A DNA stretch of 64,000 nt from Chiloscyllium plagiosum. Lineage: Eukaryota. Positions 1-11,944 of this stretch are shown here, piece by piece. The notes below the pieces were generated by a model. That model was not told the origin of the DNA. It did no database searches and worked only from the letters and a program-made list of their open reading frames with translations. The translations under genes and the position numbers were made by a program. Numbering within the stretch: the first letter of the stretch is position 1; each line of letters begins with the position of its first letter. The stretch lies in assembly GCF_004010195.1 (NCBI RefSeq), contig NC_057711.1:135311444-135375443 (forward strand). The letters are read 5' to 3'.

Positions 1-599
1 TCCTGAAAAGATTCTACATTATGTCCATTACTATTCCATATGTTGGTTACATTGTGAAAGGTCTATTAGAATTACTCCTAAATTTGTTCTTTGTTTGTCT
101 GAGCCTCCATCTTCTTGTCCTACTCAACTTGACAAAATATTGGATATTGTCAATTAATACATATTGGATCATAATGCGTGTTTGTTCCACTTACACTGAA
201 ATTGATAAGTGGCAGCATACAAACGTCAAACTAACTGCTCAACTACGTGATTATGGAATTCAGTTTGATGTTAAATATGCTGTTGAGTAGTTGCTTACTT
301 AGGAGGGAAATCAAGTTTATGAGACTCTGGGATCAAATAAAGTTAACCAGCACACCTTAAAATTGCATTCTGTTTGCAAAGCTAGTCTGCAAGGGACTGG
401 TTACTTGAGTAGGATGAAAATGGAGCGAGAGACCAGGTTATCACATGGTGTGCTGAGGGCTTTAAAGCAGGAACTGCAAAGACCCAGGAAGGGTCATCTT
501 TCCACAAAGGGACAAAGAACATTCCACACAGACTCTTAGAAGGACATGATAGAAAATAGCCCAAGAAATCTGCAAGGATTCCAACACCCAATGATAATG

Positions 600-960
600 C
601 TGGAAAATGTTCAAACACAGTTATTAGCATGAGTGAATGTATCTTCAAATATCACCACCCACCTCACACGGCATGTACTATACACTCAGGATGCAGGTCT
701 CTGATGATCTACTTTGAGCAACAATATTGCTCCCATTGGAGCAGTATTATCTATCTTGGTTGAATAGTAGAGGATCATCAGTGGCCACCCTCTGCTTTGA
801 CATGATAGCCTAAGGATGGCAGGAACAGCAGAGTCTGTCGTATATATATTGGTCTGCCTGGTCAGATTCAGGAAGTGTAATCCTTTGAAGTTAGATACAC
901 TTCCCATTAAAATGTGCTTCCTGCAAAATTGTGTGTTGCAATCAGTGGTTCCCTACAACA
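600..960 (-). mobile_element. Degenerate Harbinger/PIF transposase fragment
   Basis: Minus-strand peptides GTTDCNT and SNFKGLHFLN resemble the Harbinger DDE motifs GAIDCTH and NRKGFHSLN. RGWPL resembles D.GYPL. Heavily frameshifted. Confidence 0.5.
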
Positions 961-1032
961 ATATGACAATTGGTTGAAGTAGCTGGAAGCAGATTCCCTA
1001 TTATGTAAAGCTGGCAGTGTTGCAGAGCTAAA

Positions 1033-1121
1033 AATAGAAATTGCTGAAAAAGCTCAGCAGGTCTGGCAGCATCTATGGAGAGAAATCAGAGTTAACACTT
1101 CAGGTCAAACTTTCCTCAGGA
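1033..1121 (-). mobile_element. Short Penelope-like pLTR insertion with decayed hammerhead
   Basis: 18-bp direct repeat CAGTGTTGCAGAGCTAAA at 1015-1032 and 1122-1139. Minus strand begins TCCTGAGGA. Homologous to copies at 26765, 28220, 39085 and 54597. Confidence 0.75.
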
Positions 1122-2139
1122 CAGTGTTGCAGAGCTAAAGTTTTGGCTTTCATTTTTAGTTTTAAATTACATTTTGTATGTAACTATTCTTGTTCACCAC
1201 CTGATGTAAACTCTTGTAAGAACATTTCTCAGAAGCCATCTTTGGTTGAAAAGCCCATATTTGTCCCATCATTCCTCAAAACCCAGATTAATATTCAACA
1301 TTAGTCACCAACCTCATAATTAATTCATATATTTCTTCCAATACATAAAAGTCTCCTTGCTTATCAGTGACCAGAATACTTTGCAGTACTCAAGACGCAC
1401 TATAGTTACACAACTTGTTTCTGGATTTTATTCCATTACTTTTTGCTGGACAGTTCAATAATTTATTGATTGCTGCTCTGCACTGGTTATACATATTGAA
1501 CATCCTGTTTACCAAGCGTCTAATTTCCATTTCAACTGCACCTTTTGTTATTGCATTGGAATTCAGGGAAAAGATCACAAGAAAGTTAAGAGTGGAATTT
1601 TTAAAAGAACTATATTTGAACTATTAGTTCTTTTTATTAAGAGTTTCCAAAAATACTTACTTATTCTGTGATTGATTCAAAATGCTGCTGTATTGTAATT
1701 TTGTTTTCTAAAATGTAAATGCTATTATGTAAAAAAGAATCAATGGCTTAAAATGTCATATTTGATCTTAATGATTTAATTTGACCTTTATCTCCATTTT
1801 ACTGTGACATATCACCATACATATTGATTAAAAATTCATAGTTCTGAAATATTTGCCCATTCTCCTGCTCACTGAAGTTGTGCAGAATATTTAGAATATA
1901 CATACTAGCTTGAAGCAATCATTAAAACTGATGTGGTTGGAAATAACTTGAACCTAATTCACCCTATGGAAATCTCAAGTGATCATACCAAATCATTTGG
2001 AAAAGATCAACTGCCGGATACATTTCCCAATGGGCAAATTGATTAAACAACCCCCAGACTCATTGGATTACTAAGCAAATCCATGTATTTTATAAATTTG
2101 AAAAAGTCCAGATCAAGAATGAAGTGGTAGTGAAAAGCT

Positions 2140-2328
2140 GAGCAAATTGCTTAATTGTCCATAGTATCCAGGGTTGTGTCTAGGCCAAGTGGATTAGCCA
2201 TGGGAAATACAGGTTTCCAAAGATAGGATGGGGGAATGGATCTGGGTATGATGCTCTTCAAGAGTGGTTGGTGTGAGCTCAATGGACTGAATGGCCTGCT
2301 TCCACATTGTAGGGATTCTATGGTTCTA
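2140..2328 (+). mobile_element. HE1-like V-SINE, 3' portion
   Basis: Ends in GGCCTGCTTCCACATTGTAGGGATTCTATGGTTCTA, matching the tails of the other copies. Confidence 0.7.
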
Positions 2329-2574
2329 AGAGCAAAGTGGGAGAAAAACCTAAGGCCAATATGGGAAAAGAACAAGGTGGAGTGCCTGGTGGGACAAAAG
2401 ATCCAAAGTCACAGAATTGATACCTCAGCTGGATGGCAGGGTAAGTTACAGATAAAATATTAATTTAATCCAATTATAACTTCAGCTAGATCAACTAGAA
2501 AAAAATAAACTCAAAGTTGATTAATTCCATAAACTTTAAGCAATTAAATAAATAAAACAGAGCTATACTGTGAC

Positions 2575-2800
2575 AGCAGTGAAGATGTTATGTCACAAAT
2601 GTGGGAATTGAGGAGAGTTTTGGTACGATGGGTAACAATATCTGTCAACATTTTGGTAGTCTAGAGAAATTTTAGCTCTGAGTTAAAGCCTGAGGTGCAT
2701 TGTGTAAACTAAAGAATTACTGGATTACCTGAACACACTGATCAAAAACTTTGTCGTATCTCTTCAAGTTAGATCGAGGTACAGGTGTGCTTGACAATCA
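2575..2800 (+). mobile_element. Degenerate CR1 ORF1 (zinc finger/coiled-coil) remnant
   Basis: MWE...ICQ...L..F.L...DYLNTL pattern, similar to the 16060 remnant. Very decayed. Confidence 0.4.
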
Positions 2801-2904
2801 GGACAGGAGTGCGTAATTACTAGGGTAAGGAAGCTTCAGTTCCTAGCTGCTAGCATGAAGTCTCAGACATCAAGGCTTCCTCTTAACAGTCAAAAGGGGC
2901 AGAT

Positions 2905-3267
2905 TGTTTATTTTTCAGGACTGGAGAGAGACCGCACGTGAGAACCAGACCTGTCTTGTCAGATTGCCAAAGGCATGATTACTGTATTAAAACAGATGTT
3001 GATTAATGATTAAATAATACATTCTTTTGTTAGGTACTTCATTAGAGTCAGGTTATTCCAACTCTTTTTTTTCACTGCAATGTAACTGTGTTGTAAGAAT
3101 AAAGTGCATTTTGATTAAAACTTTGTGGTGGACTAATTGAATCTCATCTGGAACATAGCACTTTATACTTAATAAGTATAAAATCAAATAAATATAAAAG
3201 TTAGGGTTTAGGCTTTTTCCTTACAATACTTTGGGAAGGATGGGGGGAGTCTGGTCTGTCCATAACA
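2905..3267 (+). mobile_element. Possible solo LTR
   Basis: Starts TGTT, ends CATAACA, has an internal AATAAA at about 3098. No clear TSD. Confidence 0.3.
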
Positions 3268-3951
3268 GCATGCTATAAAATATTTCAGTGTGGGAGGAGA
3301 GAAGTGTCTTACTCTTGTATAGCCCATGACACCTAGAAATGAGCTTGTAAAGGTGGATCAGAGATGACACTTTAAACATTGCTCATATTTACTGCTGCTT
3401 CCCAGACCTTACTATGATTCATTTATAATGACCAATGACGTGATCAAGATTACTTTGACTAGGATTTTTTTGTTCAACACATTTAGTCATGGCATGATGT
3501 TATGACCGTGGTTCAGAAACCCAAAGTACAATGCACATTTTTAACTTATAATTCCAAATGTGTTTGTTTTAAAGGAAGGCTATTACAGCCAGTTATGTTT
3601 ATGATGCAAATGAAGTGGCTGGCCTGAGGCAGAGAAACCCACAGAATGTCACAGCTAAAGATGCAAAGGGAAATCAAACAATAAACACTTCAAACAGGGA
3701 GGTGAAAAGGGAAATCAAAACACACTGGGTAATGATCTCTTGTGACTGCAAAGTTAATGAGGTACTGATGACACCCTGCTCAACAATAACCTACTTTCTG
3801 TGGAGTATTTCACAAATTGCAAACATATTTTTTGTTTTTCCTTTGAAGAATACACAAGGACAGGGGTTAATAAGTCAATCTGAACTCTACTAGAATTTGC
3901 TACTGGGACTGAACACTCTCAATCATGCCAGAAGGTGAAGCTACCCACTTT

Positions 3952-4255
3952 TTAGATTAGATTACTTACAGTGTGGAAACAGGCCCTTCGGCCCAACAAG
4001 TCCACACCGACCCGCAACCCACCCATTCCCCTACATTTACCCCTTCACGTAACACTACGGGCAATTTAGCATGGCCAATTCACCTGACCTGCACATCTTT
4101 GGACCATGGGAGGAAACCAGAGCACCCGGAGTAAACCCACGCAGACACGGGGAGAATGTGCAAACTCCACACAGTCAGTCGCCTGAGTCGGGAATTGAAC
4201 CCGGGTCTCTAGCGCTGTGAAGCAGCAGTGCTAACCACTGTGCCACCGTGCTGCC
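3952..4255 (-). mobile_element. HE1-type V-SINE, full length
   Basis: Minus strand reads GGCAGCACGGTGGCACAGTGGTTAGCACTGCTG (tRNA-like A box), GGTTCAATTCC (B box), the V-domain TGTGTGGAGTTTGCACATTCTCCCCGTGTCTGCGTGGGTTT, and a TAATCTAATCTAA tail. Confidence 0.92.
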
Positions 4256-4396
4256 ACTTCTACTAGTCTGTGTTTCAGTATTAGTGTGCTATGAAGATCA
4301 CAGGTGAACAGCCATCTTCTAATTCTCTAAACCCCTTGAATTAACATTCGAGATAGGACAAGTGCAACAAATTGGGATAAGCACACGTTTAGTGAT

Positions 4397-4589
4397 CATG
4401 ATTTGTAGATGCTGGTGTTGGATTGGGGTGTACAAAGTTAAAGATCACACAACACCAGGTTAGAGTCCAACAGGTTTAATTGGAAGCACACTAGCTTTCG
4501 GAGCGTCGCTCAATCATCAGGTGGGCGCTCCAAATGCTAGTGCTTCCAATTAAACCTGTTGACTATAACCTGGTGTTGTGTGATTTTTA
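4397..4589 (-). mobile_element. Fold-back Penelope-like mini element (AGCT-core subfamily)
   Basis: Inverted arms of about 65 bp. 12-bp TSD ACGTTTAG(T/C)GAT at 4385-4396 and 4590-4601. The left arm carries an extra tail. Same family as 17183. Confidence 0.8.
4489..4523 (-). ncRNA. Minimal type-I hammerhead ribozyme motif
   Basis: cac-CUGAUGA-uu-GAGC-gac-GCUC-c-GAAA-GC-UA-gug. Stem I is CAC:GUG, and the core contains the palindrome AGCU. Confidence 0.65.
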
Positions 4590-5155
4590 ACGTTTAGCGA
4601 TAGTTGTGTTGATGCAGACTGAATGGGCCTTCAAGCCTTTTCTGTGATGTATGCATCTACTCACCTGTGTTGCAATTGAAGTGCTAGAAGCTAACAAGCT
4701 ACTAAGCCTAAAGAATGGAAGCAGGAACAAGAAAATGACTCTCTCACATCCTAATTTCTGCATTCACTTACAATTAAAAGAAATCAGAACAGAATCCCAA
4801 CCAACCTACAATACTAAGAATCTGAAAACAACTGCTGATGTCACTGTTATTGGTAACGTTTACAATAACGGCTGCAACGATGTACAGTACATGAGCAATT
4901 CAGAGACTGGTCTTTTTTTTAACTTTTTTCTTTTGAACTCACTTCTTATCTCTACTCCCTGTATATGTATTGCGTTGCTAATTCTGCTCAAGTTTAATAA
5001 TTAATAAACTTTCTGAAATCATGAAAGCCTGGTTAAATTGGCTTCTTTTAAAACACAAATTGGTTTGGGTCTGGGAGAAAGGGAATCAGTTTGTTTATCA
5101 ATTGACCCTGCAATGACAAATGGAAAGTGCGGGTTAACAAAGCAGGGAGTCAGTA

Positions 5156-5276
5156 GGGCTTTTGCCCGAAACGTCGATTTTCCTGCTCCTCGGATGCTGC
5201 CTGAACTGCTGTGCTTTTCCAGCACCACTCTAATCTAGAATCTGGTTTCCAGCATCTACAATCCTTGTTTTTACCT
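5156..5276 (+). mobile_element. Short Penelope-like pLTR insertion starting at hammerhead stem II
   Basis: 11-bp TSD GGGAGTCAGTA at 5145-5155 and 5277-5287. Begins GGGC-TTTT-GCCC-GAAACGTC. Confidence 0.8.
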
Positions 5277-6689
5277 GGGAGTCAGTACATCTCTGGTCAC
5301 CCAGGTACTTGGAGATTTGAGGGAACCAACTGGATCTATAAAAAACTAGGGAAGCCTGCTATAATCTTGCTTGTAACAATGGGGATTATATGATTACAGA
5401 GCTGCCTTACCTGTGTTATGTAAGTCCCTGATTAATGCAATTGCCCCTTGAAGATCTTCCCATCACATAGACATAGAATTCACTTCCTCAGGAACCAAAG
5501 AAAGGCTTACGCCCCACACTGTAATAGTTGTGGCACACATTGCATTTTTCATTTCCATTTACTATTGGGTGAGAATGGAAAACAATGGAGATTCTCAGAG
5601 AAGGTGGCAGGTACACCCTGACAATTCAGCTACGTCCCTGCCCACTCCAAGCCCACTCCAAGCCTACATATTCCTTTCTTCCTTCTCTGCCCTGTCAATC
5701 TCCTCCAGTATGAAGCTTCCCCCATATACCCACTCAACCCTTTCATTTACTCCTCATGTTTTGTCCTGAGACACGAGCCAAACATTGAAATGCACTGTGT
5801 CCCCATCAAAGCCAGGGTGCTAGTGACTGTTAATGCCCCCTCATGGAGTATCTATGTCCTCCTGCGCACCATACTCTCCCACCTCTATGTGCTGAGTTGC
5901 TCCTTTTCACAATCATTTCACGCTGTCCATCCCAACGTGCTGCTTCCAATCCCCACAACTGACTTCTCCAAAGTCTTCAGTTCAGCAGTGGCCCTGATAA
6001 CAGCACCAACCGCACCTCCCTTCACTTTCAGTGAACAGAACACTTAAAATAACCATGGCCCTCCCCAACTTGAAATGACAGCGCGGATTGTTTAGTGACT
6101 AGACCCCTGACTGATCTCTGTGTGGCTCCCCAACTAGGTTAACACTAATCCCTGGGCTTGTGGAACTGGACCTGCAGGACAGACCATGGCCCAGTTCCTT
6201 GACTGTAAAGATATAAGACCCTGACCCTGACGGTCCAAGCGATCAACTCACTGTGTCCAAGTCTTTGAACTGAAATTGGATCAGCGGCAGGACTACCTGG
6301 CTGATGAGAGTTCCTGGTGATTTGCCTTCAAACTACTCCCCTTAGAGTTTGAGATGTGGCCAACTGGCTGATGCATGTTCAGGGTGTTTTCTGTGTAACC
6401 TGCTGGCACACGTTGCAGGGGGAACATTGCCACGGCACAGTGCTATACAGAAACATGTCCACCCCTTTTACAGGCCATTGTTGCTGGCAAACAGAACAGG
6501 CACTCTGCTTTAGTACTTGTGCTAAAACGCATGCCAGGACAGAAAGACTGTGACCCTGCAAATGCTGAATGAGGCAGCATTATGCAGATAGGCGGCAGCA
6601 CCCCAATTCTGTTTTTGCTGTCCTTAATGTGTTTCTCCTAGGAGCAGCAGTACCAAGCCGCACAGGAGTGGCAAAGACCAGCATGGATA

Positions 6690-7142
6690 GACTACAGGCC
6701 CATGGCTGAAGAAAGACTATAATTTAGAACCTTTAACTTTATTTCTTATTTATTACTATAAACTGAGGAGAGCTGTAATGTTAAACTTTTACCTTATTTC
6801 TTTATTTTTCTACTTTGTACTTATGATTTTGTACCCAAGATTGCACTGTGAATGGCGACATTGTAAACTTTTCATTGCCCAGGTAGTTCTGCTGTTACAT
6901 GGTAGTTTCGTCCTTAAGTGGCCCTACACCACACAAACATGTCACAATATAAATACCCATAAAGCATTGGTAGTGTAATCACGTTATAGGCAAGATGCAC
7001 TTTGAACATTTGCTTTGTAAAAAAAGCTTTCCTTATTCACCCAATCACGTTACCGTCGATACATGTGAATGAATATAGCAAAACTGCCTGTATTTCCTTA
7101 TCCTTGTACTTAAGTACACATGACAATAAAACCTAGTTCTAA
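6690..7142 (+). mobile_element. Non-coding element ending in a Rex1/Babar-like 3' tail, interrupted by a MITE
   Basis: Tail ...GTACTTAAGTACACATGACAATAAAAC matches the tail of the Rex1-like copy at about 38680-38710. The 5' boundary is uncertain. Confidence 0.5.
6880..7090. mobile_element. Tc1/mariner-superfamily (Tigger/pogo-like) MITE
   Basis: Terminal inverted repeats CAGGTAGTTCTGCT / AGCAAAACTGCCTG (12 of 14 match), followed by TA on the right. 211 bp, no ORF. Confidence 0.65.
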
Positions 7143-7197
7143 TAAAGGCAACATCCCCAATCCTATTTCTTCTGTTCTTAATGTGTTTATCCAAGGA

Positions 7198-7500
7198 ATG
7201 AGAGGGACAAAAAGTGTTGGAATCCAAGACAGACAAGCAGGAGGCTGGAAGAACACGGCAAACCAGGCAGCATCAGGAGATGGAGAAGTCGATGTTTTGG
7301 CTGTAACCCTGCAGGACTGGGAATGGGTGTGGGGGGAGATGCAGATAAAGGGGGTGGGGGTGACAGAGTGGTGAGGGGGGGGAATTGGAGACAGGTGGAG
7401 GGTACGACCTGGTTGGTTGATGGGAGGGATGAATCCGATAGGTAGCTGAGAGGAATGGATGGGAGGGGGAGGGGTTGGGAAGGGAATCGGGGGATGCTCC
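7198..7500 (-). mobile_element. Penelope-like 3' end fragment
   Basis: 12-bp TSD TTTATCCAAGGA at 7186-7197 and 7501-7512. Reverse complement of the 3' region of the 18165-18711 element. Confidence 0.8.
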
Positions 7501-7708
7501 TTTATCCAAGGAGTAGAAGTAACTTAATAGTTCTCAAATGATCCTGAAGAAATCAAGGATTTTCACTTTTTTAAAGTTTGTGAGATTCAGGCAACGTGGA
7601 AGTTTGGAATTGATTATAGACCTACTGTAAGTAGATGAATTGAGATCTGTCCTGATTTGATCAAAACAGACTTGATGGTCAGAATGGCTAAGTGCTATTC
7701 TCACATTA

Positions 7709-7982
7709 TCATAGAATCCCAACAATGTGGAAACAGGCCATTGGCCCAATAGGTCCACATGAACCTCTGAAGAGTAACCCATCCAGTCCCATTCTCCTAC
7801 CCTATTCCTCTGCATTTACCCCTGCCTAATGCCCCTAACTTACACATCACTGAACACTATGGACAATTTAGTATGGCCAATTCACCTAACCTGCACATCT
7901 TTGGTTTGCGGGAAGAAACCAGAGCACCCGGAGGAAAGCCACACAGACATGGGGAGAGCGTGCAAACTCCACACAGACAGTT
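7709..7982 (-). mobile_element. HE1-type V-SINE, 3' part (split by CR1)
   Basis: Tail and V-domain are present. It stops after CACACAGACAGTT, and the tRNA head resumes at about 11945. Confidence 0.85.
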
Positions 7983-9082
7983 AGGACAAAGAACAAAGAA
8001 CAAAAGACTTACAGCACAGGAACAGGCCCTTCGGCCTTCCAAGTCTGCGCCATTCCATATCCTCTATCTAAACCTGTTGCCTATTTTCTATAGATCTGTA
8101 TCCCTCTACTCCCTGCCCATTCATGTATCTGTCTAGATACATCTTAAATGATGCTATCATTCCCGCCTCTACCGCCTTCACTAGCTACGCGTTCCAGGCC
8201 CCTACCACCCTCTGAATAAAGAACTTTTCATGCATTATCTCCCCTAAACTTTTCTCCTCTCACTTTGAACTCGTGACCCCTAGTAATTGAGCCCCCCACT
8301 CTGGGAAAAAGTTTCTTGCTGTCCACCTTGTCTATACCTCTCATGATTTTGTAGACCTCAATCAGGTCCCCCTCAACCTCTGCCTTTCTAATGAAAATAA
8401 TCCTAATCTACTCAACCTCTCTTCAAAGCTAGTAGCCTCCATACCAGGCAACATCCTGGTGAACCTCCTCTGCACCCTCTCCAAAGCATCGACATCCTTT
8501 TGTAATGTGGTGACCAGAACCGTATGCAGTCTTCCAAATGTGGCCGAAACAAAGTCATATACAACTGTAAAATGACCTGCCAACTCTTGCACTCAATACC
8601 TGTCCAATGAAGGAAAGCATGCCTGCTCCACAGATGCTGCCTGACCTGCTGTGCTTTTCTAGCACTACACTCTCAACTCAGATCTCTCTGAACATCAATT
8701 TTCCCCAGGACACTTCCATTTACTATATAGTTCGCTCTTGAATTGGATCTTCCAAAATGCATCACCTCACATTTGCCTAGATTGAACTACATCTCCCATT
8801 TCTCTGCCCATCTCTCTAATCAATCTAATGGTATTATCTGCAAACTTGCTAATCAGGCAGCCTACACCTTCCTCCAAATCATTTATATACATCACAAACA
8901 ACAGTGGTCCTAGCACGGATCCCTGTGGAACACCACTGGTCACAGGTCTCCATTTTGAGAAACTCCTTTCCATTACTATTCTCTGTCTCCTGTTGCCCAG
9001 TCAGTTTTCTATCCATCTTGCTCGAACACCCTGGAGCCCATGCAACTTCAACTTCTCCATCAGCCTAACATGGGGAACCTTA
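7983..9082 (-). mobile_element. CR1/HER1-type LINE, 3' part of RT
   Basis: Peptides [30 protein letters not shown] and [15 protein letters not shown]. (TTCTTTG)n-type tail at 7985-8003. Confidence 0.9.
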
Positions 9083-11223
9083 GTGAGTTTTGAGAAGATT
9101 TGTAGCTCAGGTTGAGGTTTTGGATGTAGGTTTGCTCGCTGAGCTGTAAGGTTCATTTCCAGACGTTTCGTTACCCTGCTAGGTAACATCTTCAGTGGGC
9201 CTCACGCAAAGCAATGCTGAAAATTCCTGCTTTCTATTTATATGTTTGGGTTTCTTTGGGTTGGTGATGTCATTTCCTGTGGTGATGTTTTTTCCTGTGG
9301 TGAAGTCACTTCCTGTTCCTTTTCTCAGGGGGTGGTGGATGGGGTCCAACTCGATGTGTTTGTTGAGTTCCGGTTGGAATGCCATGCTTCAAGGAATTCT
9401 TGTGCGTGTCTTTGTTTGGCTTGTCCTAGGATGGATGTGTTGTCCCAGTCGAAGTTATGTCCTTCCTCATCCGTATATGAGGATACTAGTGAGAGAAGGT
9501 CATGTCTTTTTGTGGCTAGTTGGTGTTCATGTATCCAGGTGGCTAGTTTTCTGCCTGTTTGTCCAATGTAGTGTTTGTTACAGTCCTTGCATAGTATTTT
9601 GTAAATGACATTAGTTTTGCTCATTGTCTGTAAAGGGTCTTTCAAGTTCATTAGCTGCTGTTTTAGTGTGTTGGTGGGTTTGTGGGCTAAAAGTGTTGGT
9701 GGGTTTGTGGGCTACCATGATGCCAAGGGGTCTGAGTAGTCTGGCAGTCATTTCGGAGATGTCCTTGATGTAGGGGAGAGTGGCTAGGGTTTCTGGACGT
9801 GTTTTGTCTGCTTGTTTGGGTTTGTTGCTGAGAAATCGGCGGACTGTGTTCATTGGATAGCCATTCTTTTTGAATACACGGTATAGGTGATTTTCCTCTG
9901 CTCTGTGTAGTTCCTCTGTGCTGCAGTGGGTGGTGGCTTATTGAAATAATGTTCTGATGCAACTTCGTTTGTGGATGTTGGGATGGTTGCTTCTGTAGTT
10001 CAGTATTTGGTTCATGTTTTGCATTTCTGTAGACGCTGGTTTGAAGTTCCCCATTGGCTGTAGTTCCATATTTGGTCTGTATGTGTTGTTTTCCTGTAGA
10101 CGCTGGTTTGAAGTTCCCCACTGGCTGTTAGTTCTACTGTGCCATTTAGGAATGGCCATCAATAATACCCTTACTGGCATAAAATTCACTAAAGAGGAGG
10201 AAAACAACAACAAACTGCCATTCCTTGATGTCACAGTAGAACTAACAGCCAGTGGGGAACTTCAAACCAGCGTCTACAGGAAAACAACACATACAGAATA
10301 TGGAACTACAGCCAATGGGGAACTTCAAACCAGCGTCTACAGAAATGCAAAACATGAACCAAATACTGAACTACAGAAGCAACCATCCCAACATCCACAA
10401 ACGAAGTTGCATCAGAACATTATTTCAATAAGCCACCACCCACTGCAGCACAGAGGAACTACACAGAGCAGAGGAAAATCACCTATACCGTGTATTCAAA
10501 AAGAATGGCTATCCAATGAACACAGTCCGCCGATTTCTCAGCAACAAACCCAAACAAGCAGACAAAACACGTCCAGAAACCCTAGCCACTCTCCCCTACA
10601 TCAAGGACATCTCCGAAATGACTGCCAGACTACTCAGACCCTTGGCATCATGATAGCCCACAAACCCACCAACACACTAAAACAGCAGCTAATGAACTTG
10701 AAAGACCCTATACAGACAACGAGCATAACTAATGTCATTTACAAAATACCATGCAAGGACTGTAACAAACACTACATTGGACAAACAGGCAGAAAATTAG
10801 CCACAAGGACAAATGAACAACAACTAACCACAAAAAGACATGACCCTCTCTCACTAGTATCCTCACATACAGATGAGGTAGGACACCACTTTGACTTGGA
10901 CAACACAATCATCCTAGGACAAGCCAAACAAAGACATGCACAAGAATTCCTTGAAGAGTGGCATTCCAACCGGAACTCAACAAACACATCGAGTCAGACC
11001 CCATCCACCACACCTGAGAAAAGGAACAGGAAGTGACTTCACCACAGGAAATAACATCACCACAGGAAATGGCCCCACCAACCCAAAGAAACCTAAACAT
11101 ATAAATAGAAAGCAGGGATTTTCAGCATTGCTTCGCCTGAGGCCCACTGAAGTTGTTACCTAGTAGGGTAATGAAACATCTGGAAATGAACCTTCCAGCT
11201 CAGCGAGCAAACCTACATCCAAA
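9083..11223. mobile_element. Penelope-like element as a 2.1 kb inverted duplication (RT thumb + GIY-YIG endonuclease + pLTR)
   Basis: NVIYKIPCKDCNKHYIGQTGRKL (GIY-YIG) on both arms, and IKFTKEEENNNKLPFLDV (PLE RT C-terminus) on the plus arm. 13-bp TSD ATGGGGAACCTTA at 9070-9082 and 11224-11236. A 35-nt tail is present on the left arm only. Frameshifted. Confidence 0.93.
9159..9198 (-). ncRNA. Minimal type-I hammerhead ribozyme motif
   Basis: cca-CUGAAGA-u-GUUACC-uagcag-GGUAAC-GAAA-CG-UC-ugg. Stem I is CCA:UGG. A mutated counterpart lies at about 11144-11183 on the plus strand. Confidence 0.75.
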
Positions 11224-11224
11224 A

Positions 11225-11944
11225 TGGGGAACCTTATCAAATGCCTTACTAAAGTCCAAGTATATGACAACTACAACCCTTCCCCATTAATCAACTTTGT
11301 CACCTCCTCAAAGAATTCTATTAGGTTTGTAAGACATGACCTTCGCTGCACAAAACCATGCTGCCCATTACTGATAAGCTCACTTTCTTCCAAATGAGAA
11401 TAGACCCTATTCTTCAATATCTTCTCCAGCAATTTCCCTTCCACTGACTTCAGGCGTACTGGTCTATAATTACCTGGAGTATCCTTGCTACCCTTCTTAA
11501 AAAAGGGGATAACATTAGCAAACCTCAAGTCCTCCGGGATTATATCCATGTTCAAGGATGCTATAAAGATATCTTTTCAAGCCCCAGCTATTTCCTGTAT
11601 TGCTTCCCTCAGTGATCTTGGGTAGATTCCATCCGGACCTGGGGATTTGTCTACCTTAATGCCTTTTAGAATACCCAAAACTTCCTCTCTCCTTGTGCAA
11701 ACTTGACCTAGAGTACTCAAAGATCTATTCATAACCTCAATATCTGTCATGTCCCTGTCCTCAGTAAATACTGATGCAAAGTACTCACTAAGAATCTCAC
11801 CCATTTTCTCTGACTCCAGGAATAATTTTCCCCCTTTGTCCTTAAGTAGGCCAACCCCTCCATATATTTGAAAAAAAAGGCTTTGAGACTTTCCTTAATC
11901 CTGGTTGCTAAAGATATCTCATGACCCCTTTTAGCCCTCTCAAA
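11225..11944 (-). mobile_element. CR1/HER1-type LINE, upstream part of RT (continuation of 7983-9082)
   Basis: Peptides KSPGPDGIYPR, GNYRPVRL and QHGFVQRRSCLTNLIEFFEEVT. Confidence 0.9.

Noticed and set aside
3952-4255. tRNA gene suggested by A/B boxes, here and in other HE1 heads
   Set aside because: These are SINE heads continuing into the V-domain and LINE-like tail. There is no complete cloverleaf.
10014-11036. 340-aa ORF as a real gene
   Set aside because: It is a chimera of the antisense left arm, the spacer and frameshifted PLE sequence. Only the IKFT..PFLDV and GIY-YIG parts are in the native frame.
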